Origin: an uncultured virus (IMG/VR IMGVR_UViG_3300026521_000001)
Taxonomy: Duplodnaviria; Heunggongvirae; Uroviricota; Caudoviricetes
Strand: one strand, 5' to 3'
Virus record (IMG/VR): IMGVR_UViG_3300026521_000001
DNA: 64,000 nt
Positions 1-10,845 of the stretch are shown here, in pieces; position 1 is the first letter of the stretch; every line of letters starts with the position of its first letter. Below the pieces are notes generated by a model. It had not been told where the DNA came from and searched no databases. It was given only the letters and a program-made list of their open reading frames with translations. Made by a program: the position numbers and the translations under genes.

Positions 1-388
1 TATTATAATCAGTGTAATTACTATTTAATGAAGTACTACTTGGAGATTTAAAACTGTTATCAGTATTAAATACTACATCGTTAGATCCAGGTAATGTAGT
101 ACCTAAATAATTGGATGGGTTACTATTAAATTCATTAGTTAAATAAAAAGCACTTCCTCCTAATTGTAAATTGTCATTAGAATACATAGAATTAAAAGCA
201 TTATTACTTGGAGGAACCATAGAAGATGAAATACTACTATCATTATTACTATAATTACTATATGTAGGTTGTTCGAACGCAGTATTTAAATTTATTACTC
301 CAGATTGCCAATTAGAGTCTTCAGGGGCTAATCCTGTAAAGAAGTCATTTCCATTATTATCTAAATATACACTTGTTGTATCGGCCAT
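1..388 (-). CDS. Partial virion/structural protein (runs off window start)
   Basis: ATG at 388 with AAGGA RBS upstream; begins MADTTSVYLDNNGNDFFTGLAPEDS; lies in the late module downstream of the capsid genes. Confidence 0.6.
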   Translation of the reverse strand, partial: MADTTSVYLDNNGNDFFTGLAPEDSNWQSGVINLNTAFEQPTYSNYSNNDSSISSSMVPPSNNAFNSMYSNDNLQLGGSAFYLTNEFNSNPSNYLGTTLPGSNDVVFNTDNSFKSPSSTSLNSNYTDYN

Positions 389-418
389 TATTTTTCCTTT
401 AATATAAATTTTAATAAG

Positions 419-427
419 ATTATAACA
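419..427 (-). promoter_or_regulatory. Extended -10 promoter (TGTTATAAT)
   Basis: Minus strand reads TTTGTTATAAT about 30 nt upstream of ATG 388. Confidence 0.5.
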
Positions 428-467
428 AATAAATATGAAAAGAAAAGAGGGAGAGAAGAGAGAAGAT

Positions 468-965
468 TTATTTTTTATTCTGTTTTTTAAATTCAGTATA
501 AGTAATATCAGGACCTTTCGGATACGAAATATTATATTTGTTAACTAATTTAGCTTTTTTATTTCCTGTTGGTTTACCTAACCTATCTGTTTCTTGTACA
601 TGTTTAATAATTCTTGTATCTTTAAGAATATCAATTAAAGCTCTTTCTAACCAGATTTCTTGCCCTAACGGAACCAGTCTTGCTAATTCGAAGTATTTAT
701 TACCGAAACCTACAAATGCTGTTTCATCTTCATCATCTCTTGGATCATTACTTGTAATACTTACAAAGTATTTTTCTGTTGCTGCTTTTCTTTTAATTGC
801 CATTCTTTCTCTTTCTGTTAATGGCTTAATTTCTTCTGCCTTCTCTACTGTTAGTTCTTTTTTAGCTTCTTCGATTTTCTCTTCTAATTTAGCTACTGTG
901 ATATTTTTAGGATATTCAATTCCTAACTTATCTGCTTCTTCTTTTACATCTTTAATATCTCTCAT
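468..965 (-). CDS. N4 gp55-like protein
   Basis: N-terminal 'KEEADKLGIEYPKNITVAKLEEKI' small helical domain; directly downstream of the major capsid gene as in N4-like phages. Confidence 0.7.
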   Translation of the reverse strand: MRDIKDVKEEADKLGIEYPKNITVAKLEEKIEEAKKELTVEKAEEIKPLTERERMAIKRKAATEKYFVSITSNDPRDDEDETAFVGFGNKYFELARLVPLGQEIWLERALIDILKDTRIIKHVQETDRLGKPTGNKKAKLVNKYNISYPKGPDITYTEFKKQNKK

Positions 966-1025
966 GTTTTATCCTTTGGAATATTTTATATATTCTGGTT
1001 CAAAGAGAACCAGTAAAATTAGTTA

Positions 1026-2201
1026 TTAAACTAATTTACAAGTTACTTCTAATCTAAGTAATTTTTCTGCTTCAAGAATGATTCCTGCATACCAGAAGTT
1101 ATAACTAAATAGACCTTTAGTACCATATGGGTTATTAAGCTCTTTATTGCTTGGAGATATAACATTAAATTTAACTTTCCCATAACCTTTTAATCCTACT
1201 GTTGCAAATGCTCCTTCAGTTACGATAAGTGCTGGGAATACATCGTAGTAGTAGTTATCATCATCTCCTGGATTTTCACTCGAATAACAAATAACTGATG
1301 GTGCTGATCCATCTCCTACTTTATGACCTTGATGTCTATATACCATAGCACTTTCAGATTCAATAAATCTCATATCGTATAATAGACCAAATTCTCCATC
1401 TGCAATATTTGTAGCATTTGCATATCTATATACAGGAATAAATTTATCTAATCCTTCTAAATCATACTTAATCTCTGGACCTACGATTGCATAGTAAGCA
1501 CTATTTACAGTTTTAGTATCAATTTTAGTTGAACCAGTAACCATCTTAGTATGTTTTTTAGCTCTATATTTAACTAAATCTTTTACAGATTTTCTAATTA
1601 AAGTTTCATCAATAGTATATCTATCTGAAGTAGAATCATCATCTCCACCTAAATCACTTCTTTGTGTAGCATCCCCACCATATTTAACGAAGTTTCCACC
1701 TAACATATCTAATTGAACTAAATCTTCATATCTTCTTCTTGCTCTGTCTCCAAGTTCTTCTCTATATCTAATTTGTACAGAATCTTCTGAAAACATTTCT
1801 ACTTCATCAGTATATTCGATCATTTCACCATATCTTTCTAACTTAGTTGACATAGTTACTTTTTTAACACTAAAGCTATTTACTGCTCCAGACCCTTCTT
1901 CTAATCCTGGAAGTCCGTTAGTTACGTCAGCTACATCTCTACCACTATATAGACCGTTTGGATCCCCCACGAATTTACCTTCGTCATCAACTACTTGTCT
2001 ATCTAATCCCCATAACCATTTAGAGATTTTATAATTTTTACCATACTTAGTTGGCATAGATTTTTTATCTGCCAGCATTTGATATACATTTTTAGTAGTA
2101 GCTGCTCTAATACCAGCCCTGTCATAAAAATGTGTAATAGTGTTTGCTCCTTGAGAACTATTAGTTCCTTGATTATAAGCATTTACAATAATATCAGCCA
2201 T
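1026..2201 (-). CDS. Major capsid protein (N4 gp56 family)
   Basis: 391 aa; motifs KSMPTKYGK, YGEMIEYTDE, GEFG..YDMRFI, DVFPALIV..GAFATVGL, NPYGTKGLFSYNFWY. Confidence 0.93.
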   Translation of the reverse strand: MADIIVNAYNQGTNSSQGANTITHFYDRAGIRAATTKNVYQMLADKKSMPTKYGKNYKISKWLWGLDRQVVDDEGKFVGDPNGLYSGRDVADVTNGLPGLEEGSGAVNSFSVKKVTMSTKLERYGEMIEYTDEVEMFSEDSVQIRYREELGDRARRRYEDLVQLDMLGGNFVKYGGDATQRSDLGGDDDSTSDRYTIDETLIRKSVKDLVKYRAKKHTKMVTGSTKIDTKTVNSAYYAIVGPEIKYDLEGLDKFIPVYRYANATNIADGEFGLLYDMRFIESESAMVYRHQGHKVGDGSAPSVICYSSENPGDDDNYYYDVFPALIVTEGAFATVGLKGYGKVKFNVISPSNKELNNPYGTKGLFSYNFWYAGIILEAEKLLRLEVTCKLV

Positions 2202-2211
2202 TTTTTATCCT

Positions 2212-3303
2212 TTATCTATTCATAATTTCATTATAAAGTCTATCAAACTCTTCATCAGACATATCAGCATAATTTATATGATAATCTGCATAACTTCTTT
2301 GTGGTTTAACAGCTTTATTTATACTTGCTCTTTGTTTAGTCTCTTGCATTTGCATTTGCTGTACTTGTTTTTGTTGTTGATTATTTTGAGCCATATGCAT
2401 TGCTTCTTGTCTTTTTTGTTCAATTACCTTACCTGCTAATTGAGCATACGTTTCAATATATGAACCAGTAGTATTACCTAATAACATTTGTTTAGTAACT
2501 AATGGTTCAACTTCAAAGAAAATACCTGATTTAATATCTTGATGTAATCCTTCAATTAAATTAGGGTTTTTCATTAACATCTCTTTACTTTTTGGATCCA
2601 GTACAGATTCAATTACTTTAACTGTTGTAGGATACTCTGCATCTTGAGATATTCTATCTTCAACTTCTTTAAGCTGTACTTCAATTTCATTAGGTGCATA
2701 ATTTTTAGGAGTGTATTGAATCTCATCATCTGGATCAAACTCTTCATATACATCTAAATTTACATCTTTAATTAGTTTTTTAACAGCATCTTTATTTCCC
2801 TGTTTAATATCAACTAATAAATTTAAATCTTCTACACTTAAATTCTGTTGTTGCATCAATTCTACAGCACCTCTAAAAGGACTGATTTGTTGCATTTTTC
2901 TTGTATAATCTACACCTTTACTTGCTAATTGATAGAGTTCTTCGATGTCTTCGATTGGAATCTCTTTACCTGCAGCTTTCAAAGGTTTAAGTTCAAACTG
3001 AGTATTTTTATTTGTAGATTTATCTTCTTTAGGTTGCTCTTCTTTAGAGTCCTTAGTATTTTCATCTACATTTTCTTCATTCAGTTTAGTATTTGTTTCT
3101 GTATTAGAATCCTGTCCATCTTCAGGTTGTTCTAATTCATTTTTAATACTTTCTAATTCAGCTAAATCATCTGGATCTAAATCATCTTCTTTAGGTACAG
3201 ATTGCTTAGCTTCTCTTGCCATTGCTTCTAATTCTTCATCAGATTTTTCCCATAAAGAATCTTCATCTAAAGGTGTTACTTCTGGGTTTGTTTCTTTATT
3301 CAT
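2212..3303 (-). CDS. N4 gp57-like protein (acidic, scaffold-like)
   Basis: Acidic N-terminus, 'LASKGVDYTRKMQQI' motif, C-terminal 'DMSDEEFDRL'; immediately upstream of the capsid gene. Confidence 0.8.
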   Translation of the reverse strand: MNKETNPEVTPLDEDSLWEKSDEELEAMAREAKQSVPKEDDLDPDDLAELESIKNELEQPEDGQDSNTETNTKLNEENVDENTKDSKEEQPKEDKSTNKNTQFELKPLKAAGKEIPIEDIEELYQLASKGVDYTRKMQQISPFRGAVELMQQQNLSVEDLNLLVDIKQGNKDAVKKLIKDVNLDVYEEFDPDDEIQYTPKNYAPNEIEVQLKEVEDRISQDAEYPTTVKVIESVLDPKSKEMLMKNPNLIEGLHQDIKSGIFFEVEPLVTKQMLLGNTTGSYIETYAQLAGKVIEQKRQEAMHMAQNNQQQKQVQQMQMQETKQRASINKAVKPQRSYADYHINYADMSDEEFDRLYNEIMNR

Positions 3304-3317
3304 ATGTTATCCTTATA

Positions 3318-3626
3318 TTATACTTCTACTTCTTCTGCTTCTATTGGTTCGTCAGAATCATCAATACCTTCACTCATAAATTCATTACCTGTCATTTCAA
3401 TATTAAGTAAAAATAGATTTAAATTACTTTTAGCTACCATTTCTTCCATTACATCTGGTCTTTCCCCATTCTTTTTAATTGCTGGGTGTGCTAATAAACT
3501 GAAATTATCCATTACACTATCGTGTAAATACTTATCTCTAATAAGTAATTTAAAGTCAGGGTTCTTATCTAATCTCTTAAGTGCTTCATAAAGTACGATC
3601 GCTTCTTCTCTTGTTTCTTCATTCAT
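3318..3626 (-). CDS. N4 gp58-like protein
   Basis: 'EALKRLDKNPDFKLLIRDKYL' motif; lies between portal and the gp57-like gene. Confidence 0.7.
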   Translation of the reverse strand: MNEETREEAIVLYEALKRLDKNPDFKLLIRDKYLHDSVMDNFSLLAHPAIKKNGERPDVMEEMVAKSNLNLFLLNIEMTGNEFMSEGIDDSDEPIEAEEVEV

Positions 3627-3668
3627 GTTAATCCTTTGTTTAAGTTTGTTTGTTTGTTTGTTGTTATT

Positions 3669-3932
3669 TTATTGCATTGGTTGTTGTTGTTGTGGTTGCC
3701 CTCCACCTTGCTGTTGTTGTGCATGTTGTAAATATCTCATTACAACTTGTTTTACTACACTTGGTATATTAGGATCATTCATAATATCTTGTGGACTAAC
3801 TTGTCCTGCTTGGATAGCTTGAATAATCTTAATTGCCATAGCTTTTATCTGCTCTCCTTGTTGATCACCTCCTTGAGGTTGTTGAGCAGGTTGAGCCATA
3901 CCGCCTTGTTGCATTTGTGCTTGCTCATCCAT
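3669..3932 (-). CDS. Gln-rich small protein
   Basis: AAGGA RBS; Q/G/P-rich ends around a short helical core. Confidence 0.65.
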   Translation of the reverse strand: MDEQAQMQQGGMAQPAQQPQGGDQQGEQIKAMAIKIIQAIQAGQVSPQDIMNDPNIPSVVKQVVMRYLQHAQQQQGGGQPQQQQPMQ

Positions 3933-3986
3933 TTTGTATCCTTTATTACTTTGTAGGAGAATTATATACTAATTACTCCCTATTTG

Positions 3987-6026
3987 TCAATTCTTAGGCT
4001 TCTTAGCTTGTATATTAGCTAACTCTTTCTTAGTAAGTAAATCTAATAGAGTTTTATTTAACTCTAATTTATTTTTACTTGTAATCTCATTAGCTTTTAA
4101 TTCTAAGTTAGCTTGATGTTTCATAATATCTGTAACAGATTTTAATTTCTCTATTTGCATTTGATTTTTATGGTCTGTATCTTCTTGTTTTCTTGTAAAA
4201 TCTAAGTCTAATAAATCAGCTTTACTTTGAGCTTCTTGTGCTTTTGCATGTTTAAGAGCATAATCAGCTTCATTTTCTTTAGCACCTGCTTGTTTAAATG
4301 AGATTTCAGCTTTAGCTTTTTCTATCTCAAGTTTTTTCATCTCTTCTGCTAATGGGTCTGGTTTAGGTTGGAATTGTGCTAATTTAATTGCTAATTCAGG
4401 CATACCACTTAACTCAGCTATTTCTGCCATAGCTATTTTAGACATTTCCATAGGCATATTAGGACCCATAGTCTGTAATAAGAAAGATAACTTTTTAACT
4501 TTAGAATCATTAGCTTGATTTGTAGATATATTTATTTCAAAGTCAGAATATAAATCTTCTACATAATCATTACTTGGTTCAAATGGGATACCTGTAATAT
4601 CTTGTATTTCTTCTGGTTCCATGAAATAATACATATAACTAAGCCATTTAATTAATAATGGTTTAATAGCATTTTCAGCTATATTTCTAACTAAATCTAA
4701 TTCTCTCACTGCTGGAGCATTTAATTTATTACTCTCACTTGCTGCTGTAGCACCAAGAGCTTGCGAACCAGTTCCTGAACCAGGAAGAGTATTACTTAAA
4801 GTATTTATTTCATTATCTACTTCATGCATAATAGTAAATATCTGATTATTTATAGGAGTATAGTGTCCTTGATAAAATTCATTGGGAGAAATATTATATT
4901 CGAAAGGCTTACCTTCCATAAATCTCTTTTTATTTATAGCATCTAAATTACCTTTTCTAACTCCTCTTTGTTGAGAATTACTTTGTGCTAAGTCATCAAT
5001 AATACCTCTAATAATCCCTGTTTTAATTTTCTGTAAATCATCTAATATATCTGGCATAGATAACCCATAAATACTAAAAGGTTTCTTCGTAAATTGTAGT
5101 ACTATAAAAGGTATTTTTTCATCTGGATAAGGATTATTTTCAAGTCTAATAATAGTATCATTTATCCATGTACATACTATTGGTTCTGCTATACCATCTC
5201 CATTTAAATCATAATTACCCCAATATTCATACATAACTAATTTTCTTCTTGCTGAATCTTTAAAATTAAATAATTTTTTAGTTTCTTCATCATCTCTGAT
5301 CCAGTCAAATGTAGTGTCATGATCATCTTGATACTCTTGTAACATTTCAGAATTTACTTTAGTCTCTATTTGATCTAAATTTTTATATATACCTTGTTGT
5401 TTTAATCCACTTAAAGAAGTTTCTGTTCTATGAATTATAAATTGAATGTCTTCTTGTTTAGTTGCTCTTGGATCAATGTAAATATCTTCATTTCTACATA
5501 CTATAGCAGTAGGTTCATTTACAATATTAACTGTATCTTTTACTGTCATAGAACCAAAGTTTATTTGATGTCCTGTAGCTGTTGTATGTACTATAGGTAA
5601 TTCTTTACTAATATCTTTACTTTTATAGTCCCACCCTGTCCTAATTACAGCAGTACCTTCTATTTGTAATGTTTTAATTAAATCAGTCATAAAAGTATAT
5701 CTTGGGAATTTACGAGTAAATTTATAATTGGCTAATTTCATTGATTGTAATACAAAACCTTTTCTCTTAACATGTAAAGTAGATAATTTAACTATCTTCG
5801 TATTATTTACGAATGGTTCTTTAATTATAGAATGTTGTTGTTCTACTTGTCTAAATATATCTCTACTTACAAATTTAGATCTACCTTTCTTCTCATTTCC
5901 ATATAATTTACCTTCATATCTATCTATAGAGTTTTTTATATACGGATTTACTTCAGTATTTTTATACTCTTGTACATCTTTTAAATCTTGTTTAAATTTT
6001 TCTAAAATACTATTTAAATTTATCAT
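3987..6026 (-). CDS. Portal protein (N4 gp59 family)
   Basis: 679 aa; YGNEKKGRSKFVSRDI, YEYWGNYDLNGDGIAEPIV, IRLENNPYPDEKIPF, LSFLLQTMGPNM motifs. Confidence 0.93.
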   Translation of the reverse strand: MINLNSILEKFKQDLKDVQEYKNTEVNPYIKNSIDRYEGKLYGNEKKGRSKFVSRDIFRQVEQQHSIIKEPFVNNTKIVKLSTLHVKRKGFVLQSMKLANYKFTRKFPRYTFMTDLIKTLQIEGTAVIRTGWDYKSKDISKELPIVHTTATGHQINFGSMTVKDTVNIVNEPTAIVCRNEDIYIDPRATKQEDIQFIIHRTETSLSGLKQQGIYKNLDQIETKVNSEMLQEYQDDHDTTFDWIRDDEETKKLFNFKDSARRKLVMYEYWGNYDLNGDGIAEPIVCTWINDTIIRLENNPYPDEKIPFIVLQFTKKPFSIYGLSMPDILDDLQKIKTGIIRGIIDDLAQSNSQQRGVRKGNLDAINKKRFMEGKPFEYNISPNEFYQGHYTPINNQIFTIMHEVDNEINTLSNTLPGSGTGSQALGATAASESNKLNAPAVRELDLVRNIAENAIKPLLIKWLSYMYYFMEPEEIQDITGIPFEPSNDYVEDLYSDFEINISTNQANDSKVKKLSFLLQTMGPNMPMEMSKIAMAEIAELSGMPELAIKLAQFQPKPDPLAEEMKKLEIEKAKAEISFKQAGAKENEADYALKHAKAQEAQSKADLLDLDFTRKQEDTDHKNQMQIEKLKSVTDIMKHQANLELKANEITSKNKLELNKTLLDLLTKKELANIQAKKPKN

Positions 6027-7735
6027 TTTCCATTATCCTTTAAGAATTTATTTAATATATTGAACCAGATATAATTATTAAAATTATAACCTAATATAGT
6101 ATCTCTTTCTACTACAACTAAAAATTTTAATGAATAATATAATAATTCCACAAAATCAAGCAAGATAAAATCTTTAGATATATTATATATTAATGGAAAT
6201 AATATATTATTTCTACTATCTTTAGCTTTATAAGTATAATCTTTATTATCTAATCTATATGTTATTTGTATCTCTTTTATAGAATACTCTATATAATATT
6301 CTTCAAAGTATTTTCTAATAAATATATTATTATCTGGATCAACTACTTTTACAAATGTACCTATTTTACCAGGATAATGATGTGTAACAGTATCAGTATT
6401 TATATTGTAACTGAATGATATAAAATTATTATCATTTTTTCTTATTTTCATATTAGTAGTAGTATCATTATTAGCATAGTATTTATGCATTAAATTAAAG
6501 AGATATTCATTTATAATAGTTTTTTCTTTATATGGATCAATTAATTGTATTGCAAGTATTTCATCTATAATATCTTGTTTAAAAGTTACACTACTATAAG
6601 CATTCATAGTCATGAAATATTTATTAGTCATCAATCCCCATTTATCAGAAAGTAATTTTTGGTGTTTAATTTCAAGTATATTCTGTAATTGAATATCTTC
6701 TTCTATAAGAAATTTTTCTTTGGCATCTGTTAAATAGCATTTTTTGGTTCTATCATCTAATAAATACTCTACATATATCAATTCATCTGTATTAAAATTT
6801 CTTTTTATTGATATTTTATCTTTATCTATATCTATAGTCTCATCATCTTTATCATCTTGATTATCATCATCATTACTCGAACCAAGTGTACCAGAATCTA
6901 TATCATAATCTATATCTTCTTTAAATGATATTTGATTATTATCATTATCTGCGTCTTTTACTGTAAGACTATGAGTATTATCGTCAGTATCTTTTACATC
7001 AAATGATCTATCAATTAAATCAGACCAATCTAACTGAGGTGGATATATATCTTTTACATCTATAAAAGTACCAGCTTCTGTACCACTTGAAACATTCTGA
7101 TTAAACTTAAATTTTCTCTTTTTATTATAAGTATGTGTAGTTCTTATTTTATCATCTGAATAATTACAATCTGAACCAGAAAGAATATAAGTATCATTGT
7201 TTATAATATCTGTATTGGTATCTTCATCATAATTATTATTATCTTTAAGGTAATTTATTACATTCTCATCACAATCTTCTGTAGCATGTATAGTATATTT
7301 ATCATCATTTCTATCTACTGATTCTATAAAATAATGTTTACTATCATCTTTAAATTCATCTGTTTCAAATGAATATTCTTTGTTTCTTTGAAGATACCAT
7401 AATGCTTGATACAATTCATCTAAATTATCGTTATATTGAGAAAATACTATTTTTTCAGCATTATCATCTACATTGTCAATGATATACTGAAGAACTGCAT
7501 TTCTATCAACATATTTTATCTTTGAACCAGTAGAATAAGAAGATAAATTAAAAGCAGATGAGTTATGATTTTTAATAAGAACAAGTTGTTTATACATAGA
7601 TTTCATAGCTTCCATATTTGTATCTACTCTTGGTTTATTAAAAGCCATTAAGTCCTTTAAACTAAATTTATTATCATCTGGTTCATCTGGGATAGAAAGG
7701 ATATTAAATCCTTCCACTAAATTCTCTAACCTCAT
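6023..7735 (-). CDS. Putative virion structural protein (possibly N4 gp53-like)
   Basis: 570 aa acidic ORF overlapping the portal and gp54-like genes. Confidence 0.55.
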   Translation of the reverse strand: MRLENLVEGFNILSIPDEPDDNKFSLKDLMAFNKPRVDTNMEAMKSMYKQLVLIKNHNSSAFNLSSYSTGSKIKYVDRNAVLQYIIDNVDDNAEKIVFSQYNDNLDELYQALWYLQRNKEYSFETDEFKDDSKHYFIESVDRNDDKYTIHATEDCDENVINYLKDNNNYDEDTNTDIINNDTYILSGSDCNYSDDKIRTTHTYNKKRKFKFNQNVSSGTEAGTFIDVKDIYPPQLDWSDLIDRSFDVKDTDDNTHSLTVKDADNDNNQISFKEDIDYDIDSGTLGSSNDDDNQDDKDDETIDIDKDKISIKRNFNTDELIYVEYLLDDRTKKCYLTDAKEKFLIEEDIQLQNILEIKHQKLLSDKWGLMTNKYFMTMNAYSSVTFKQDIIDEILAIQLIDPYKEKTIINEYLFNLMHKYYANNDTTTNMKIRKNDNNFISFSYNINTDTVTHHYPGKIGTFVKVVDPDNNIFIRKYFEEYYIEYSIKEIQITYRLDNKDYTYKAKDSRNNILFPLIYNISKDFILLDFVELLYYSLKFLVVVERDTILGYNFNNYIWFNILNKFLKDNGK

Positions 7736-8469
7736 CTGTAATCTGCCAAATAGTTATATAATTCAGTTGCTCTATCATCAGAGATAATTGAAGGTTTACT
7801 TTCTAATTCTCCTGTAGTGAACATTAATGACCAAGCATCCATTTGAATTTTAAACATTTCAAGGAATTTCTTATCTACAATAGATTGTGCAGTTCTTTCT
7901 TCTACTTCTATTTTTTTATCCATTAGATCTAACTCTTTATCTTTTAAAGCTAATAGTTTAGGATCTAATAATTTTTTATATTCGAATTCTTGTTCTTGTA
8001 ATGCTAATTTAGATTCACCTAATCTTACTTCAATATCTACTTTTTTATTTTCTAAAATTAATCTATCTTTTTCAATATCTAATTTTTCTTTCATAACTAA
8101 TATTTCTGTATCAATTTTAGTTATATTATGTGATTGGACCTCTATGTCTTTTTCTGTTTTCATTAAAGCTAATTTTAATTGATTATCAATTTCATCAATT
8201 TTTTTAAGAGTGAGTTTAGTATTTGCATCAGTAAGTTCATTTTCTTTAACTAATTTAGCATAAGCTAATTGTACATCAGCTTCTAATTTCTCTTGTGCTT
8301 GTTCTGCATCACTCGCTTTAGTAAGTGCTTGCCCAAGTATTTGAATTAAAGCGTTAGCATAATCTGAGCCAGTGAGTCTGCCTGTATCATATTCTTCCTG
8401 AAGTACTTGAGTCACATTCTGCTTATATGCTTCGAATATTTTATTGAAATTTTCTGTATCAAATGCCAT
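7732..8469 (-). CDS. N4 gp54-like virion protein
   Basis: 'LQEEYDTGRLTGSDYANAL' motif followed by a coiled coil and C-terminal 'MDAWSLMF'. Confidence 0.6.
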   Translation of the reverse strand: MAFDTENFNKIFEAYKQNVTQVLQEEYDTGRLTGSDYANALIQILGQALTKASDAEQAQEKLEADVQLAYAKLVKENELTDANTKLTLKKIDEIDNQLKLALMKTEKDIEVQSHNITKIDTEILVMKEKLDIEKDRLILENKKVDIEVRLGESKLALQEQEFEYKKLLDPKLLALKDKELDLMDKKIEVEERTAQSIVDKKFLEMFKIQMDAWSLMFTTGELESKPSIISDDRATELYNYLADYR

Positions 8470-8472
8470 TTG

Positions 8473-9153
8473 TTATCCTTTTATATTAAATCTATGTTCT
8501 GTAATACTTGAAGCAGTAAATATAGTATCTTCTATACTATTAGCTGTAGTACTACTATCAGTGTCATTTATATCCCCATCAAATTTAACTCTTCTTTTAT
8601 CACTTCTGATCCAAGTTATTTTATGTTCTTCAGTATCTCCGTTACTATTTATCCATCTTACTGTTCTACCTACAATATTATGGTCATAAGGTCTTGCTGC
8701 ATCACTAAAATCTTTAATATTTACCGTATCTCCAGCTGCTTTATCTCCTGTATCTCCGTCGAATCGAAAATCAAATTTATCATTATATTCAATCACACAT
8801 TCAGTAATCATTTTAAATTTAGTACCTATAAATTTTTTATAGTTCAAGAAATTAAAATGTTCTCTTAATGTATTATGGTCATTATATTTACTATCTGAAT
8901 AAGGATAATATAATCTCTTATTATTGATTACTATAAATTTATTATCTTGATTATTTATATCGATAAGAGTACATTTCATATAGATATTCTGGATGTTATA
9001 GTATTCACTCCATATCTCACTATTATCTATCAATTTATGATATAAATCATATACTACTATATTGTATCTCAATGTTATTAAATCTTTTATATAAATATCT
9101 TGATACAATGAATCATATTCAGGTATTTCTTTTAAATCTATATATTTTTGCAT
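8473..9153 (-). CDS. Hypothetical protein (late module)
   Basis: 226-aa ORF with AAGGA RBS, tightly packed. Confidence 0.6.
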   Translation of the reverse strand: MQKYIDLKEIPEYDSLYQDIYIKDLITLRYNIVVYDLYHKLIDNSEIWSEYYNIQNIYMKCTLIDINNQDNKFIVINNKRLYYPYSDSKYNDHNTLREHFNFLNYKKFIGTKFKMITECVIEYNDKFDFRFDGDTGDKAAGDTVNIKDFSDAARPYDHNIVGRTVRWINSNGDTEEHKITWIRSDKRRVKFDGDINDTDSSTTANSIEDTIFTASSITEHRFNIKG

Positions 9154-9162
9154 ATTTTTTCC

Positions 9163-10836
9163 TTAGTGTACATCTTGCATTCTAATAATTAATTCAGAAT
9201 ATAATAATACCAAAGATATAGTAGTATTACCACATTTAAAATGTCTTATATTATCTAAATAATAATATTCAGATACATGGTACCTAATACCTGGTACATC
9301 ATAATCATACTCAGTATGTCCAGATACATGTGTATTTTCAGTAGTTGCTAATAAATTATCAGTAACTATTTGTTTTACTGTAGTTCTGTCATTATTTTCA
9401 TTATAAAATAATAATTTACTGTCAGCTATTGCTATATTATTTATTTTAACTGAAACGTCTCCATGTTCATATACCATATTAGTTACTTTAGTATCAGCAT
9501 CTTCTCCTGGTAATTTACCTGGTTTAACAATAGTAATAGTAGTATTTGTAGATTTACATACATTAAAATTACATAATAAAGTACCTTTATTACAATTAGT
9601 AATTTCTGAACCAGAATATATAATATCAAATGTACCTATAGTATCTGGTATCTGTATAGAGTTATCATTTATTAATGTGAAATTATCATCTAATGACAAT
9701 TGTACATTCGATACTTTAGTTAATCCTAATAAAGAATCAGATGGAGATCTTTTAATAGTTAAATATTTAGCTATTGGTTTATTAAATGTAATTATACTTT
9801 TAGGGGTATAAGTATTTTTTTGTAATGGGCAAGGTAGATTGTTATTGGTATCATCTGTCATACCTATCAATCTATACATCCACCCCCGACTATTACATAC
9901 TTTTTTTGGTATATCTACATAAGTAGATAATATATCATTTACACCCTCATCATATATATCTGATCTGCTACTATCATAATGTGTACATCCTTCAGAGTAT
10001 TTATTTGAAATAATTGAATTTCGTAATGTAAACGTACCAAAACTAAATGGTGCTATAGTATACTCTTTAGTTGATGTTATTTTATTAAAATTATTCATAG
10101 CAGATAATGTATCGCAAGCACCTGTATATTTTACATTTCTATATTCTCTAACAGATGCTGTCGTAGTTACAGAAGGTGTATATTTTTTTGCGTCTTCTAT
10201 AACATTACTATAAGTATGAGTACTGACAGCTGCTTTTCTAAATTTATATACTATAGATATTAATTGATATACTCTTGAATTACCATTACTGGCTCTAAGT
10301 GACAACCAATTATGAATAGCTGATTCTGAGCATATTGGTATTATATCTACATTAGTATATATTGGATGATCAATAAAATATCCATGAATATAATCATCAG
10401 TAGGATAAATGTAATCGACTCCTAATATAGCAGACGGATCATTTTTTATTTTATTAGACATATATATGATAGCTTCTTCTGATATTATTTCAGGTACTTC
10501 TTCTCCTATACTATCATAATATTCTTTTATATAAGCAGTTATTTTTGGGCAATCAAAGTCTGGAGGATTATATGTAGGAGAAATAAGTGAAGGTAATGTA
10601 GGATCAAAGATTTTATAATCATTACTATCTATTTCTTCTAATCCAAGAGATGGATTCCATATAGGTTCCCCATCTATATAATTAAAATCTTGATTAGCTA
10701 TCCAATCTGTGAAAGATATAGATGATCCATTATTCCAGTCATTTAACAATAAGGGGTATTCATTTATAGCATCTATTTTAAGACGTTTTATTTGTCCTGG
10801 TTCATTATAAGAATATTGTTGTAATAAATTATCCAT
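9163..10836 (-). CDS. Hypothetical tail-associated protein
   Basis: 557 aa, beta-rich composition, AAGGA RBS, in the tail cluster. Confidence 0.55.
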   Translation of the reverse strand: MDNLLQQYSYNEPGQIKRLKIDAINEYPLLLNDWNNGSSISFTDWIANQDFNYIDGEPIWNPSLGLEEIDSNDYKIFDPTLPSLISPTYNPPDFDCPKITAYIKEYYDSIGEEVPEIISEEAIIYMSNKIKNDPSAILGVDYIYPTDDYIHGYFIDHPIYTNVDIIPICSESAIHNWLSLRASNGNSRVYQLISIVYKFRKAAVSTHTYSNVIEDAKKYTPSVTTTASVREYRNVKYTGACDTLSAMNNFNKITSTKEYTIAPFSFGTFTLRNSIISNKYSEGCTHYDSSRSDIYDEGVNDILSTYVDIPKKVCNSRGWMYRLIGMTDDTNNNLPCPLQKNTYTPKSIITFNKPIAKYLTIKRSPSDSLLGLTKVSNVQLSLDDNFTLINDNSIQIPDTIGTFDIIYSGSEITNCNKGTLLCNFNVCKSTNTTITIVKPGKLPGEDADTKVTNMVYEHGDVSVKINNIAIADSKLLFYNENNDRTTVKQIVTDNLLATTENTHVSGHTEYDYDVPGIRYHVSEYYYLDNIRHFKCGNTTISLVLLYSELIIRMQDVH

Positions 10837-10845
10837 GTTTATCCT

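Noticed and set aside
437..467. Polypurine tract AAAAGAAAAGAGGGAGAGAAGAGAGAAGA after the gp55-like gene
   Set aside because: No hairpin and a single occurrence; it may be a pyrimidine-rich termination tract on the minus strand, but no function can be supported
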